A DNA stretch of 61,669 nt, counting the filler, from Choristocarpus tenellus KU-1152 (lineage: Eukaryota > Protista > Phaeophyceae), in NCBI GenBank assembly GCA_964200185.2. It is 10 parts of 10 records of this genome, joined end to end, with 100 filler letters (N's around TTAATTAATTAA, not from the genome) between each part and the next. Parts side by side here need not be neighbours in the genome. Positions count along the whole stretch, not along the records: positions 40,725 to 51,718 come from CAXNAD020002577.1; positions 51,819 to 55,140 come from CAXNAD020020806.1; positions 55,241 to 57,962 come from CAXNAD020025312.1; positions 58,063 to 61,669 come from CAXNAD020018990.1; 6 more parts are not named here. One strand, given 5' to 3'. Made by a program: the position numbers and the translations under genes. Below, piece after piece: positions 47,178 to 60,539 of this stretch (position 1 is its first letter; each line of letters starts with the position of its first letter). Under the pieces are notes generated by a model, which worked only from the letters and a program-made list of their open reading frames with translations, searched no databases and had not been told where the DNA came from.

Positions 47178-50100
47178 GTGAGGTTAGTGCTGTGGATTGA
47201 GGTGTGCAGGTGTGGGCTGTTATTGATTCCTTGACTGAGGACGTGAGGGGTATGTGTGGTGTGGTGTGGGATATACAGAAGCCATTACTGGGGGGAGGGA
47301 GGCAATGGAAGAGTGTGTTTCTCTTGTTGCCTTTTTTCATATATAGATTTTGTCTAAAGGTCTACAGTGTACAGCTCATTGCAATGAACCTGGATCGTGT
47401 GCATGTATTCGAGTGTTTTTTCCTTTTTTTTGTGTGTGTACAATTTTATTGGGGACTGAATTTATGAAGGAGAAGCCAACGTTTCAAACATGTGTGAGGG
47501 CTAAGGAGAAGGAGAAGGAGCACTAGTAGCTGCTAACTGTAAGAGCACTCTGCTCAGTGATGAACCAAATTTCCCTTGGAAGAGGGAATCATACTTTCCA
47601 AGCACTGGCTTGAGTGCAATGGTTTTGTCCAGTGTTTGTCATGCTGCCTCTGTTTGTAGAACTTTGAGCCTCTTGCTTGAAGATGTGAGGCCCTTGCAGA
47701 CTGAGGGAGTAACAGTTATCGTTTTGGTATCGAGTTGCAATCAACCAAGTTTGAAAATTGAATCAAAATATATGTGTGGGTGTATTTTGGGATGCAAGAT
47801 TTGGGAACAATCCAAGAATAGTTCCTGGGAGCAGTGAGAGCGCCTTCCCTGCCCTTGACAAGTGTTGAAGTGATAAAAGTAAAACAGCCACTTTATGTTG
47901 TTTTTCTTGCTGCGTGTCCAATAATAATAACAATAATATGATGTACTGATTTCATGTGTGCATTGTGTGCCCTGTGTTAAATGTTTCCTTTTGGCTAATC
48001 AAAACCATGTCAGGAGGAGCTTTTGGGCAGTCTAGTACACAAACTTATCCTTTTGAGTTTTGAAGTGGGTGTATGCATTTTACTTTAAATGTTTCCTTTA
48101 TGTGTGCAATTGGAACTAGAGCTCAAGGAGGAAAATGATAAAAATATGTGTAAAGATTCTCTAAGGTAGCAGTGCTAGGAGGTCATAGAAGCATTTGAGC
48201 ACGCAAGAGATATTTTGTACAACTGGAATGAGTCAGCTTCCCTCTGAATGAAGGTACACCAATTCCTTGAAGCAATACCGTACCCCTGTTCACCTTGAAG
48301 GTTGGCTGTGGCACAGTCTCCAGGACAGAGATTCCTGAACAATGCCAAATTCCCTTTTTTTGTAGGAATATGGACATGGTGTAAAAAATAGCATTTGCCA
48401 TAATATTATCAGATCTCCTATTTCTCACACGAGACATTGAAGGTCTACTTGTACAGCATCTACATATCTCTAATTCTTAACCCCAATCACTCTCTAATAC
48501 TTTGAGTCGAATCAACTGCTGTGTTGATTGGGGGGGTTGTGTTTTGGCTGTGTTGACCTTTTAAAATTGAGTAAGGGTTTTTGGGTTTTTCAAAATCCAT
48601 TTCTTTTTATATAACCAAGTCATTAAGAAAGCAGGGGGGGGAGGGCATCAATGAGGATATCTTGGTTCTGAAAACTGAATGTTTTCACAAAACAGCATCA
48701 AACAAGATGCACTCCACAGCTGAGGATTGTGCACTTCAAGAACATGTGCCCCTAGGAAGTCAGATACCTTTCAAAAATCTCAGTGGCACCCCCCTCTGTG
48801 CTACTTTGACTCTTTCCTAGATGATACTTGCTTCCTAGGGGGTGGTATTTTCCCTGGAGTAGTTGCTACTCCCCTCTCTGCTCGATATTCAAAAGAGCCA
48901 AAGTAAATGAGATGTACCCATCTTTTGGGCGTTTTGCATTATAAGCCAGTTTTTTCAATCTTTTGCAATTCACCCATATTTCGATGGATGAAGTGCTAAG
49001 GTTGACTTGAGAAGGTTGATGTCTCTATTGTTTGATGGAATTCAGAAAATGTCCTCTACGCATTTCAAAAAATATATATGAATTTGGCATGTGTTTGTCA
49101 GTATCCTTATAATGCAACCATAAATTCCTCTCTCTTACTTCAACTGAAAGCCCTGATAAAGTTTACATAAGCACAGAAAGACATGCCCTGCAATACCCCT
49201 CCCTCTTTGAGCAACTAACTCCTTAAATCATACCAAAGACAAAGGGGTTGGGGACACATCTATGATTTTTGTCAGGCTTCATATATACAAATGTACAGAT
49301 ATGTGGAGGATATTGGAGTAATCTGGCTCCAGTGTCTTGACTACTCCAGAGTTGTTCGGGATAGTATGAACTGAATGGTAAAAGATAATCCTACTATTTG
49401 CTGTGGAGAAAAATCTGAAAATAGAGATCAAAATCATGCCCCTCTGCCTGTGGAGACTTGCTTATTGCTGCTATTGTCAAAGGCTTGTAGTTTTATACTG
49501 TCTATATGGACCCACAGTCATAAATTCAGCATAAGAAGAGAGACACATCGCAGAAGGCAATAAAGCATCTATGCACAGTTGACAATAAAATAAGATGCTC
49601 TCATTAGAACGTCTCCTACTTGTGGTGTATGGAAATGAAGTGCCCAATATATCTAGTATGTGTGGGGGGGGTTATATAATGTTGAGATATCGGTTTCATG
49701 TTTCGGTTCATCTCCAACGTGCAGCAAGAAAATTCAGACAAAAATCAATGAAAAAAAATCAACGCCTTCTATATATTTTTTGTTTTTTAATATTTGTTCT
49801 ATGTTGTAGATCAAGTGAAAATGAAGAAACTTAGAACGGAGTGCCCAATATAGCACCTACATTGCTTCAAAGGTTGCGATATTTCAGATACACACAAAAA
49901 AAAAGTTGTAGGGTTTGACGCTGTAATGACAGATCAGATGTGGCAATTGCAATACCCATACAGAAACACTTCCTCCCAGATGCCGAATCAAATGTAGACT
50001 GGTGGTGTACCCTTTTCTTTGGTTGGCATGACTTCAAGCATCTCGCCACTGATGAAGAAGGTTCTACCACTTATTGTATACATCTCTCTGTAACATGTGA

Positions 50101-51537
50101 CCTATGGCACCCTGCACACAACAATCGGCCTGATGCAACAACATGTAACCAACAGTCCGCCCAAAGTTGACTTGGGCACAAGTGTGAGACCCGAAGCAGA
50201 CACTGGTGAGGTAGGCCCATTAGATTCAAGACAGCAAGCAGATTCACAAGACCTTGGACTGCTATCATATTGAAAGTGTTGAGGAGAGGCAAGTGCTTAT
50301 GCAGACCGCCCAATTGATTGGTGGGGTGCGACGTTGGCAATACTATGCAGGAGAGGTAGAATGAAAGGTGGTAGTGTGCTGGAGAAAGACAAGGCATTAA
50401 ACAGACAGACTCGTCTTGTTGTGTTTGCACTTAGCATTATTCATGGTACATTTAAAAGTAGCACCCAGAGTCCTCGTAAGGGCTATCCCTACCCTACACA
50501 AAAAAAACTGCATGAAGTGGAGATTGCCAACCCACACACAACCCACGACACATTAAAAAAGAAGTAGCAAATAACATGCAGAGATAGTGTGGTACGCAAA
50601 GATATCAAAAAATAGAAACATACGAGGTAGCATCAAACAAAAATAAAAAATACAACAAAATTCCCATTATTGATGACAAGAGAAAAGGTTCAGTAGAGTT
50701 AAATACCTAAACAGGTAAGATCTCCTATGTGAAGGACCACAATTAGTCCAAGAAGGAGCTTAAACCCACTCACCATTACACATCTAAGTACATTAGGTCA
50801 TGTCAAGTACACCCAACCAGCAACACATAGATACCACCATTGGTACATCAAGGAGGGTATTGTAAGTCAGACCCCATTTCCAACCCAAGTATCAGGAGAC
50901 AGTGCAATACATGAATATTGTGTGTTCGGGGACTCTGGCTACTTTAATGTACCGAGCTGTGGTGTGTGGACCTCCTCAGTATGCCAAATGTCCATGAAAT
51001 GTTTCACCTCGTCCTCCACATAACTGTATGCCACATGTACGTTTGGATCTTTTTCAACTAAACTTCACTTTTCAGCTGGGATCCTGAAACGCTCCAAGAA
51101 ATATTGGAGGAAACCACTACCATCCACTCTTCCCTGATCCATACCGAAAGTTCCCCAAACATCAACATCTTGGATGAGTGAGTATCGTCCATGCGTGCCT
51201 CGAAATCAGCAAATAGCAGCCTCCATTATTTGCATTTAGTCGCCTCAATGCTACACGACAAGGGGATGACCTGTACATCTCCATTTATGGAACCTGATGC
51301 AGAGCTGGAGGAACTTGCAGTGACGGATAGGAAGCTTGCTGTGTGGGCAGATAGTATCTCTCTTGGGGTTGATGATGGTGCTTCTCCTTTTGTCATCGTT
51401 GGTCCTCCTGTCGTTTATGGCTAGTTTTCATAATCGGCTGTTTTATTCCTTTCCTCCAGTTCTGTGCCTCCATCCGTCAATTCTACACAATGTCTGTCAT
51501 AGTCATTGAAAGTAGTATTTAACCCATTGGTATCAAA

Positions 51538-51718
51538 GAGCCAAAGTATCTTAGAGGGTAGAGGCACGTCCATTTGGTACCAAAATCCAATGTTGCAATT
51601 TTGATGTAATTTTGGCTACCATGTTTGTTAGGAAGTGTCAATATCCCCGTTCCGGATACACCTTTTCATAACGTATACATTTTACCTACTCCAAAATTAT
51701 TTTGGAGTAGGTAAAATG
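51538..51718. mobile_element. MITE subfamily B, truncated by the gap
   Basis: GAGCCAAAGTATCTTAGAGGG followed by the same interior as the 2486 copy. Confidence 0.85.
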
Positions 51719-51818
51719 NNNNNNNNNNNNNNNNNNNNNNNNNNNNNNNNNNNNNNNNNNNNTTAATTAATTAANNNNNNNNNNNNNNNNNNNNNNNNNN
51801 NNNNNNNNNNNNNNNNNN

Positions 51819-54800
51819 CTCTTACCAAGGCTTTAGGAAGGGTTCAGGGAGGATCTTGGGGCCTTACCCAAAGACCGTGTCCACTATCATAATACATCAC
51901 GCCCTCGTAGTGATGCCCTCACCCCTTTCCGCATCGAGTTTCTTGAGCAACTGCTGTCTGACTCTCTTAGGACCCACAGTGATCTCTTAAGCGACTCACC
52001 TACAGTGGAAGTCCAGAGCGTCACCCGACAACTCCTTTGAGTTCCTAGGGAAGACATGACAGCGACGGAGTGGGTTCGAATCCTGGTGAGAGAATGCACT
52101 CTTTCTTATAGTCAATCGAAGAATGCTGTAAAGAACGCAATGAGTTCTTTAAAGACCGAAAGAGGGGAATCTTGGAAAGCTGCAGTCAATCGACTTGTCT
52201 TACATTATCGAGCATATACCGTAGATTCGCGGATGCCTCATGTTTGCGAGACAACTTTCTTTTGGAGGTATATAGCTGAAGAAGATCAACTTATTGATCT
52301 ATGTGAAAGAGCTCTTCCTATTCTTCTTCCCAATGTTCTAGATCAGATTGGAGTGCAGTCTATGACATTTTCATTTCGAAAGGAGATTCGGAGTCAAATT
52401 TGCCCACTGGCAATTTCCCAGAATAATCCTTTAGAAGATGAAATGGTACAGCGGGGAATTAAGGCAGAACGAATATTTGACGATCTTATCGAAGAATTAT
52501 CCAATCGTAGTGACCAGTATGCATTTCTCCCAACCAATCAAAAATCTACAAAATCTGCGTCGTACAAAGATAAGACACTCCCTGCTTTAGGTAGCAGGGC
52601 TAACGCTCGTGCTATGTTTGCAAGCATGTCTGACCCTTTGTCTGCCCCAGTTGAAGAATAGGAGGACAGGAACCGGAACTAGCCCAACACAGCAAGACAT
52701 CCTTGTCGCGAGAGGTACCAAACCAGAGTCCACCACCACGCCAAGAAGTGGTCAATAGTGTGTTGGCAGCCCTCGCACTGATGCTCCAACCTGTTTTATC
52801 CCCAAACCCCCTGCCCACTGTCTGTGCTACGCTGACAAACCAGCCCGCTTCTGCTCCTGGGAAATATGGGACTACGTTCATTTCGAAGAGTAATGTATCC
52901 ACATCAGTTCGAGCATCAACCCCCGCCACCCAGTCTGTGCCCCGTTCCTCTATAACCACAGACAGAGCGAGCGATGCAGGTCGACACCATTCAGGTAAGG
53001 ATTTTCCTTCACCGTCTGCTTCCCAAGATGAGGTTGTCGAGTTGCTCAAGGCACATCGAGTTTGCTTTCATCACGCTTTTGGTCGCGATTGCTTTAAGTC
53101 TATTGGCCGCAGGTGTAGGTATACTCATGACGACTCCATAGTTCCGAGTCAAAGTATCTTAGAGGGTTCGAGTTTTGCCCTGTTTGTCCATTTCGGGCTT
53201 GGCTTCCCTGGGGGGTTTTAAGAATTTTTTCTACTCCGAACTATTCCGGAGTAGGTAAAATGTGTACATTATGAAAAGGTGTGTTCGGAATAAGGATATT
53301 GGCAGTTCCTTAACAAACACAATAGCCAAAATAACATCAAAATCGCAACATTGGATTTTGGCTCCCAAATGGACGCGGCTCTACCCTCTAAGATACTTTG
53401 ACTCTCCTAAAGTTTACTTTGCATATCTTTCCCGAGACAAGCAAAGTACTACCCCAGCTAATGAGTCGCTTACGATGGTAGCCTTGACAGATTCCCATTT
53501 GCATTACCTTGCCGCGATGCAGGACTTTGAGTTCCCGCCACTATCTGCAAGCAGCCCAACCGACTCTGAAGTACCCGAGTTGCCCTGAGGGTACACCCTG
53601 GAGTCTTCAGCTCCAGGGAACTTAGACACTGTAGCCATAGGAACCATGACCCCCACACCCACCTCGACAATATCCACTATGTCAACTGCCCAAAGAACAA
53701 GTCAAGTATAGCTATCTGCACTACTATGGCACCCTCGCAAAGTCCGCTCGAGAATGCCTGTACAGATACTCCTTGACACAGGTGCAGGAGGTGGGAACTA
53801 CATTTCGTCTACTTTTTGGCGCAGTACTACTCTCTGGGGAGGTAGCACAGGCCTACCACACCTTAACCAAGAGTAAAGGAACGTTGCATGCAGCAAACCC
53901 GAAAGGTTGCAAGACTCCACCTATGCAGGTATTGGGGTCTTGCATACTACCGATATTGTTCCCCCCAGAGGATAGAGTCCGCAATGTGAAATTTAGAGTA
54001 GTGGAGGGCTTACCTTATGGGATGGTTCTAGGAGCAGCATTCTGTAGGCATAACAAGAGTATAATGTCATTTAGAGAAGGGGAAGGCTTTCGACCAGCTC
54101 CAAACTCACCATGGATACCTTTTGTTCGGGCTGCAACACCCCGATATCGTGATAACAATACACACCTGTCAACCCTGGGAGAGTGGCAAGCATCAATGGC
54201 ACCCACAACCCGACCATCCAAGTACCACAGACTGCCCCTAAGTAACCCCAGATCAGCTGGATGTAGAGAATCCCCCCTGGCACACTCCCTAGATCCCCAA
54301 GATGCATTAGTACACTAACTGGTGAACATATACCACCAGAGAAGGAACATGCAACTTTTTTGATGTAGACCCAGAAGCAGGTACCCAAGAGATGGATCCA
54401 GAGGCAGGTATTGCCACGATAGACCTCACCCAAGACAAGGATCCTCTGACCCCATCATTGGAGAATCCAGGTGTGGTACCCTTTCCAGTGGATGTAGCGT
54501 GGGAGGACGATAGGACTCTACAATGGGAATTGCGTCCGTCAGAAGTAGAACATGTAGAGTGGTTTGTTAGCAGAGTCTGCAAAGGATTCGTTAAGGGGGC
54601 ATAACCACAATCCAGACAGTTGGTGGTGATGGAACCCTTATCAAAGTATAACCTGGAATTAGGGAATGCTGTAGGAGTTGCCAGAGGTGTACAATGGTAG
54701 AATCCAGGAACCCCCATTTATTGCAAGCTGGTAAATACGTGCAGTAAGCCCAGTAGTATCCAGGCAGGGCTGCCAGTTGCAAAGGCGATTGCTCTGAATA

Positions 54801-55140
54801 CTCAGGATAAAGAGAGGGTGGTTGCACTCTTTCAGTCACTAGCCCAACCCCCCAGAGATCCTCAAAAAGCACAGGTTCTGCTTGCCACGACTAGTCCCCA
54901 GATAAGGCATTCTCCAGAGGCAGAAAAGACTAGTGACTGCCCGGTAGCAGAAGAGGAAGTCACCCCTTCTGGTGAAACTGAGGGGATCCGTCATCAATCG
55001 GTGAGCCTCAGTGTTGCTAACATAGGACAGCTTGTTGAAACACCAGTAAACCCCTGAGCTACCGAGCAGATAGTCAGCTCAACAAACGCTACTCTCGTGG
55101 GATCGAATCTCGCCGAGGTCACATCCGTCAAAAGGCTAAG
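51819..55140 (+). mobile_element. Decayed Ty3/Gypsy-like LTR retrotransposon: gag with a CCCH-like finger and aspartic protease; RT/IN not in the contig
   Basis: Intronless broken ORFs. Gag-like SLKTERGESWKAAVNRL and VCFHHAFGRDCFKSIGRRCRYTH. Protease QILLDTGAGGGNYIS at about 53763 followed, after a frameshift, by FRVVEGLPYGMVLGAAF. Confidence 0.78.
53146..53404. mobile_element. MITE subfamily B inserted in gag, perfect 21-bp TIR
   Basis: tcc|GAGTCAAAGTATCTTAGAGGG ... CCCTCTAAGATACTTTGACTC|tcc. Removing it restores HDDSIVP-KVYFAYLSRDK. Confidence 0.92.
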
Positions 55141-55240
55141 NNNNNNNNNNNNNNNNNNNNNNNNNNNNNNNNNNNNNNNNNNNNTTAATTAATTAANNNN
55201 NNNNNNNNNNNNNNNNNNNNNNNNNNNNNNNNNNNNNNNN

Positions 55241-55359
55241 CTACCCCTCTGTTAAATGAAACCTAATTTACCCAAAAATCACAACATGGAAAAATGGACC
55301 CTGAATGGACAGCTGCCCCCCCCCCCCCCCCCCCCCCCCCCACACAAATACTTTGAGCC
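55241..55359. mobile_element. MITE A right part at a contig start; another A end at 57909-57962
   Basis: acccaaaaatcacaacatgg...atggacagctgcccc...aaatactttgagcc here, and gggtcaaagtatctgggggg at 57909. Confidence 0.75.
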
Positions 55360-55609
55360 TCTCTTGGGGCAGTGCGGTAGTATTACATGCGGGGCATTGT
55401 TGACTATTGCACTATTAAATTTAATTTACGGTCAGCGGTATGTAGTCTAAGGCTAGAGCAACTGTCACACACATTTCCGAGCCATGCTATTAAACACTCC
55501 ACACCTTGCCAAGGTGACTCTGGTAGAAACCTCCTCCTCCCCGCAACCTTTCCCATCCCCCCCCACTTGCCCCGCGACAAAATCACTTTGTCTGCATTTC
55601 ATTGACCAG

Positions 55610-56002
55610 CCGGCGATTGACGGCGCAGCCACCAGCACACCCCCAGGGCTCCAGGGCAGGGACGAAAAAAGACCCGGGGGGGTGGGAGGGGTCCTGCGGC
55701 GACCACTTCATGAGCGAGTATGGGAGATAGAGAGGGAACGTCGCCAACGCCTGCAAGTACTAGCAGCGGAGTTGGATGAGGAGGATGGCGCTACGTTCGC
55801 CCCAGCGTTAGGCCGGCTCAGTGAGAGGCTCGCCAGGGACGCCAGGCCTCCTGGGCTGACAGGTGGTGTTGGCAAGGGAAGGGTTTGTGTGAGAGGTGGG
55901 GAGGCGATGGAGGGAAGGGCAGGGAGGTTGGGGGCTCGTCTGGAGTGGGAAGCGGAGCGGGCTAAGGAGCGACGGCAAGCCAGGATAATGGAGTATGAGG
56001 AG
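55610..56002 (+). CDS. Internal exon of a charged coiled-coil protein with a TFxP repeat motif
   Basis: cag|...gag|gtggg, 131 codons: PLHERVWEIERERRQRLQVLAAELDEEDGATFAPAL...RLEWEAERAKERRQARIMEYEE. Confidence 0.6.
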
Positions 56003-56261
56003 GTGGGTGGGTGGTGGGGTAGGAGAAGGGGGGCGGGGTGTAGGTAGATGAGTTTTGGTCTGATTGGGTGAGTACTGGTAGTGTTGATTGCTTTGTATGA
56101 CCGTTTTGTGTGAGAATAATATTATTGTCTTGAGTTTGTGAGTTGAAGGATTGATTTGATTTTGACTTTTTTTATGTTCGGAAATGAGAAGTGCATGTTT
56201 TGGGTTGGTGCAAATGGTTTTTGTTCCTCCACCTGTGGAACTTAACACACACGCAGGCGTG

Positions 56262-56409
56262 CATTGTATACACTATATTCACTATATACAATATGTACAT
56301 TGTATACACTATATTCACTATATACAATATGTACATTGTATACACTATGTACATCATATACATAGTATACATTATATTCACTATGTAAGTTATATACATT
56401 GTATACATT
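56262..56409 (+). repeat. Minisatellite, about 4 copies of 36 bp built from 9-bp subunits
   Basis: cattgtatacactatattcactatatacaatatgta repeated. Confidence 0.85.
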
Positions 56410-58768
56410 AAGTAAGCTATGTGTGAGAAGAGGTATGACTCTTGATTTTCAAAACCTCAAAGTGACGAAAGAGGAGTGTGTTTGGATTTGAATAGATTTA
56501 GAATGAACTCTGAAGTAACAACTTCTACCACTTTTTAATGGTTCAAATAACATTCTTCTAATGTGCCTTGTATTTATTGATAAGTGTTTGGTTTTCAAAA
56601 AGGGGGGGAAGGCATCATTCGTTGCCTCCGGTCAGTATTCTATTGGAGCCCGCGTAGCTGACTGGGTATTCCAGCCCTTTCAAAGTTGTTTCATTTTTTT
56701 CTTTTTTTTTGTGCTGAAGGGCCCCTTATCGAATAAATTAATGTTGCTCCTGTTCCTATTCGGCATGACGCAAACAGAGTCTGTTCAACTTTTGAGAAAC
56801 CTGATTTAGGTGTTGTTGTTTTTTTGTTTGTTTTTCTCGGGCTGATCGTTACCGCAAGTATCGTCTCGGTGGTTTGCTGCAAAAAAAAACTACAATTTTT
56901 TTTTCTCATTAGGGTTAGGGATAGGGATATAGGTGTTTTTTGAGAATGCTTTTCGCTGTTGCTGCCCCGACCCCACGGTTGTTGGATTGGTAAGGGTGGT
57001 CATGATCGCATTGTGTCAGATGGTGCTGTCTCCACCGCTGCAGCTGCTGTGTCTGTGGTATGTCTGCCGTTTTACTATTTAGTAGTGTTCTTGTTAGGAG
57101 GTGTAAACCATCACGATTCGAGGCAAAAACAGTAGGAATAATAATAATAATAATAATAACAATAACAACAACAATAATAATAATAATATTATTAATAATT
57201 TCAGTTCTATTTGTTACAGTTATCGTCGTGGGTGTGGTGTGTTACACTGATGATGGCAATGGACATATCCTGTGTGATGTTAGTTGACACCTTTCGGGGG
57301 GGTGTGTGTGTGTGTGTTTTTTTGTGTGTGTGTGGGGGGGGGAGTGAGAAGCGAAGACATGTGACATGTGAGAACATTACGGGCAGCCATGGGACAGGTC
57401 TGTGCAGCTTCAAAAACAAAGGCCTTCGTGTACCAGATTTTTTTTTTAGTGCTTGTTGTATTGCAAGAAATAGAGAGAGATGACTCAGCTATGATAGACC
57501 GTACTATGGCGATCATTGTAAGTAACAACAATAATATTGTACAACCCGAGGCTAACAATGATGACTCTTTTGGATTGATGTTTGAACAGTAATGGAAGCA
57601 CATAGACTGAGTACGTTGTTATTGTCTTGAACTTTATTTCTGTGTTGGTGACAGTTACAGCAATTTGAAAAAAAAAAGACAATGTTTGGAATATTGTTTT
57701 AGTTTGTTTTATTATCAGAGAAGATTATTGATAACTATCGTGGTGATTGCTGCAATCCAATGCTTGATTGATCGATGTATTGTTGGGTACGTGCGTGTAT
57801 TGGTACTATACCTGTTCTGGTACAGTACTTGTACCATGCTTGAACTTGAACTTGTATCTGTTCTGTACTTGCACTTTACTCAAACTGTACTTTAGTACTT
57901 GTGCCTGAGGGTCAAAGTATCTGGGGGGAGGGGGGGGGATGGTTTGTGAGGGGTGTCTGTTTNNNNNNNNNNNNNNNNNNNNNNNNNNNNNNNNNNNNNN
58001 NNNNNNTTAATTAATTAANNNNNNNNNNNNNNNNNNNNNNNNNNNNNNNNNNNNNNNNNNNNATGTATAAAGAAAAAAAAAAAGATTGCATCATGTTTTG
58101 GAATCAACCCCCCCCCCCCCCACCCCCCTTTTTTTTGGACTGCATAGGAAAATCTCAATTGTGTTGGAGAGTATGTTGGCTATTGATATGAAAGGATCTC
58201 TTTTTGATGGCTTAACCTCTTGCGCCATCAAAATGTTTTACGAATTTACCAAAATGTTAAACATGATGAGCATAGGTCCTGACCCTCGCACGGTTGGACC
58301 ATTTTACTGCTTCAATATTTAAACCACTGGGAGAAAGTTCTGGCAAAGGCTTATCTCCGCCAAGTAGAAAGAAGTTCAAACGCTCCTTTTATTTGAGTGG
58401 CCTTTTTGCAGCAGTAGACAAATATTTCAGCTTTTTTTTTTTTTTTTCCCTTAGGAAAGGTGCATGTATATTACCTTCAGCGTGTCAGAATTGATGTGCC
58501 AAAATACACTCTTCCCCGATTGAGAAGTTCGATCTGTAGAGGTTGGAACAAGCCACGAGTGTGGACTGTTTGTTGTAAGTCTCGGGCCCCTTTAGACACT
58601 CACCTGCCCACCACACCACCTCACTGCACCTTGCTTCTCCTTCCCGCTTACTGTACCTGGTTGGTGTCAGGATGCCAAGTGCTCGCGGTGTGTTGGTCTC
58701 ATCTCCTTTGCTGTCATATTAGCGCTTTTCCTTGAAAGAGTGGTAAGAATGTGTGTTGAAAGTCTGGG

Positions 58769-58809
<41 letters not shown>

Positions 58810-60500
58810 GGGAGGGAATCAAGGAGATACGGTGGAGAGGGGAAGGAATCAATGACATACTGTGGATAGGATTGATGATTGACGAGTTAGGATTGATTTT
58901 TGTGAATCAGCGCATGTGTTTCTGGGTGGTATGGTGTGCGTGTTTTGTGGGGGATATATATATATATATATATATTATTTTTATTTTTATTACTAGTTTT
59001 TCTCTCTTTTTTTCGTATCCTTTGCACATCGCAAGCATTCTGTTCTAGTTCCAACATCTGTCCAACTCTTATATCCCCTCAAGAATTGCCAGCATTTGTT
59101 TCTTTGAAATCGGAGAAGACTTTTTTTTTTCTATTCTTTTTGTCTTTTTTATTTTTTTAAAATAAAAAAAATCTCGCTAGTATTTTAGCTATTGATCTGT
59201 TGTCTCACGGGTAGGTTCTCTGTTTAATTTTTACACCCTCACTCACACACATAAAATGTATGTATGTGTGTATGTACGTACTATATATAATATTATTTTT
59301 CCCCTGCATGTTGTAGTTAGTGTGTGCGATGTCCAAATTCATTTGTCAATTTTTTTTAAATAAAACTTAAAAAAAAAGAACGTAAGGAGATCCGGCACCG
59401 CAGCACAGCTTCACCTGTTGATTTATGAAAGTATTTAATGTAGCACCCGCCTTCCCTCCCTCCCTCCCTCCCTAACCCTAGCAGAGACCATTCCTTTGTC
59501 CCTACAATGTTGTATGCAATGTATAGGTATGGTGGGCCGATAGCGCCACTGGTATGGCGCTATCAATATACATCATGTGGGAGGGTTGGCAGAGCTTTTC
59601 GGATGCGAGGGAGCTGTGGTTGGTGCAGGCATATGGAGATGAGGGCGTGAGACTTGTGAGTTCTGAGCCCTGCGGCCTTGAGTGAAAGGTTTTTCACCTT
59701 TCTTGTGGCTAGCTGTGCATGCCTGACCAGTCTTTGCAAACCCTGTGCTTCTCTTGGTGCGTGGCAGCGGTTGCGTGGTTGGGTGTTTCATCGTTTTGTA
59801 TAGAGCAGGAAGGGATTCGTCCTCTTCAAAGAGCTAGAAAGTCTCGACCCGATCTTTCAATAATAATAATAATAATAATAATAATGTGCCCTAATGAAGG
59901 GAATCACTGACATAAGTGTGTGATGATTATAGATTCAAACAATCACCTTGTAAGAGTAACTGAAAAACTGCACAAAATTCAAAGAAGTAATAATCCAATC
60001 GCCGATTCCTTTAGCAAATAGAGCACCAGAAGGCGCCATACGAACATATGATACTCTTGAGTGTTTCTATAGATGAAGACAATTGGACAAAAAATATTGA
60101 AAATAATGGAAAGAAAAATCACTGCAAGAATAAAAGAGGATTGGAATGTAGCTCTATCTCTAAGTATTACACTCAGGTGGGAAATTGTGTGAGCAAACTA
60201 GAACAAATGTGGCAGTAAGTAGTCAACGGTTGAATAAAACTTCTATGACAATGGATTGCCCCCGGGTTACTGCCTGAAAGGGGAGGTCCTGATAGGTAAC
60301 AAATGGTGCCCCCATACTTCAACTTCAACTTCAATATCATTTGTTGAAATATTTGATCTGTTGGGTGTGCCAGGAGAACAATCACTCCGATGCAGGTCTT
60401 CTGAATATGTTGTTGACACTCCATCCATTATTATTATTTCGCAATGTTTACACAAACTGTAGTTTGAACCCTTTTCTCAAGTAAGAGATTGTAAACAGTA

Positions 60501-60539
<39 letters not shown>

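Noticed and set aside
15659-53404. MITEs acting as introners
   Set aside because: No copy lies in a host exon or supplies GT-AG ends.
56172-56411. MYTMYI/HYIHYI repetitive ORFs, plus CVCV and IIII ORFs elsewhere
   Set aside because: Translations of mini- and microsatellites.
8926-58062. Regularly recurring TTAATTAATTAA palindrome
   Set aside because: It is always centred in N-runs, so it is a synthetic contig linker and not biological. Gene linkage across it is not evidence.
59539-59564. Perfect 10-bp hairpin gatagcgcca-ctggta-tggcgctatc
   Set aside because: Isolated, with no CTRR terminus or associated element; insufficient support.
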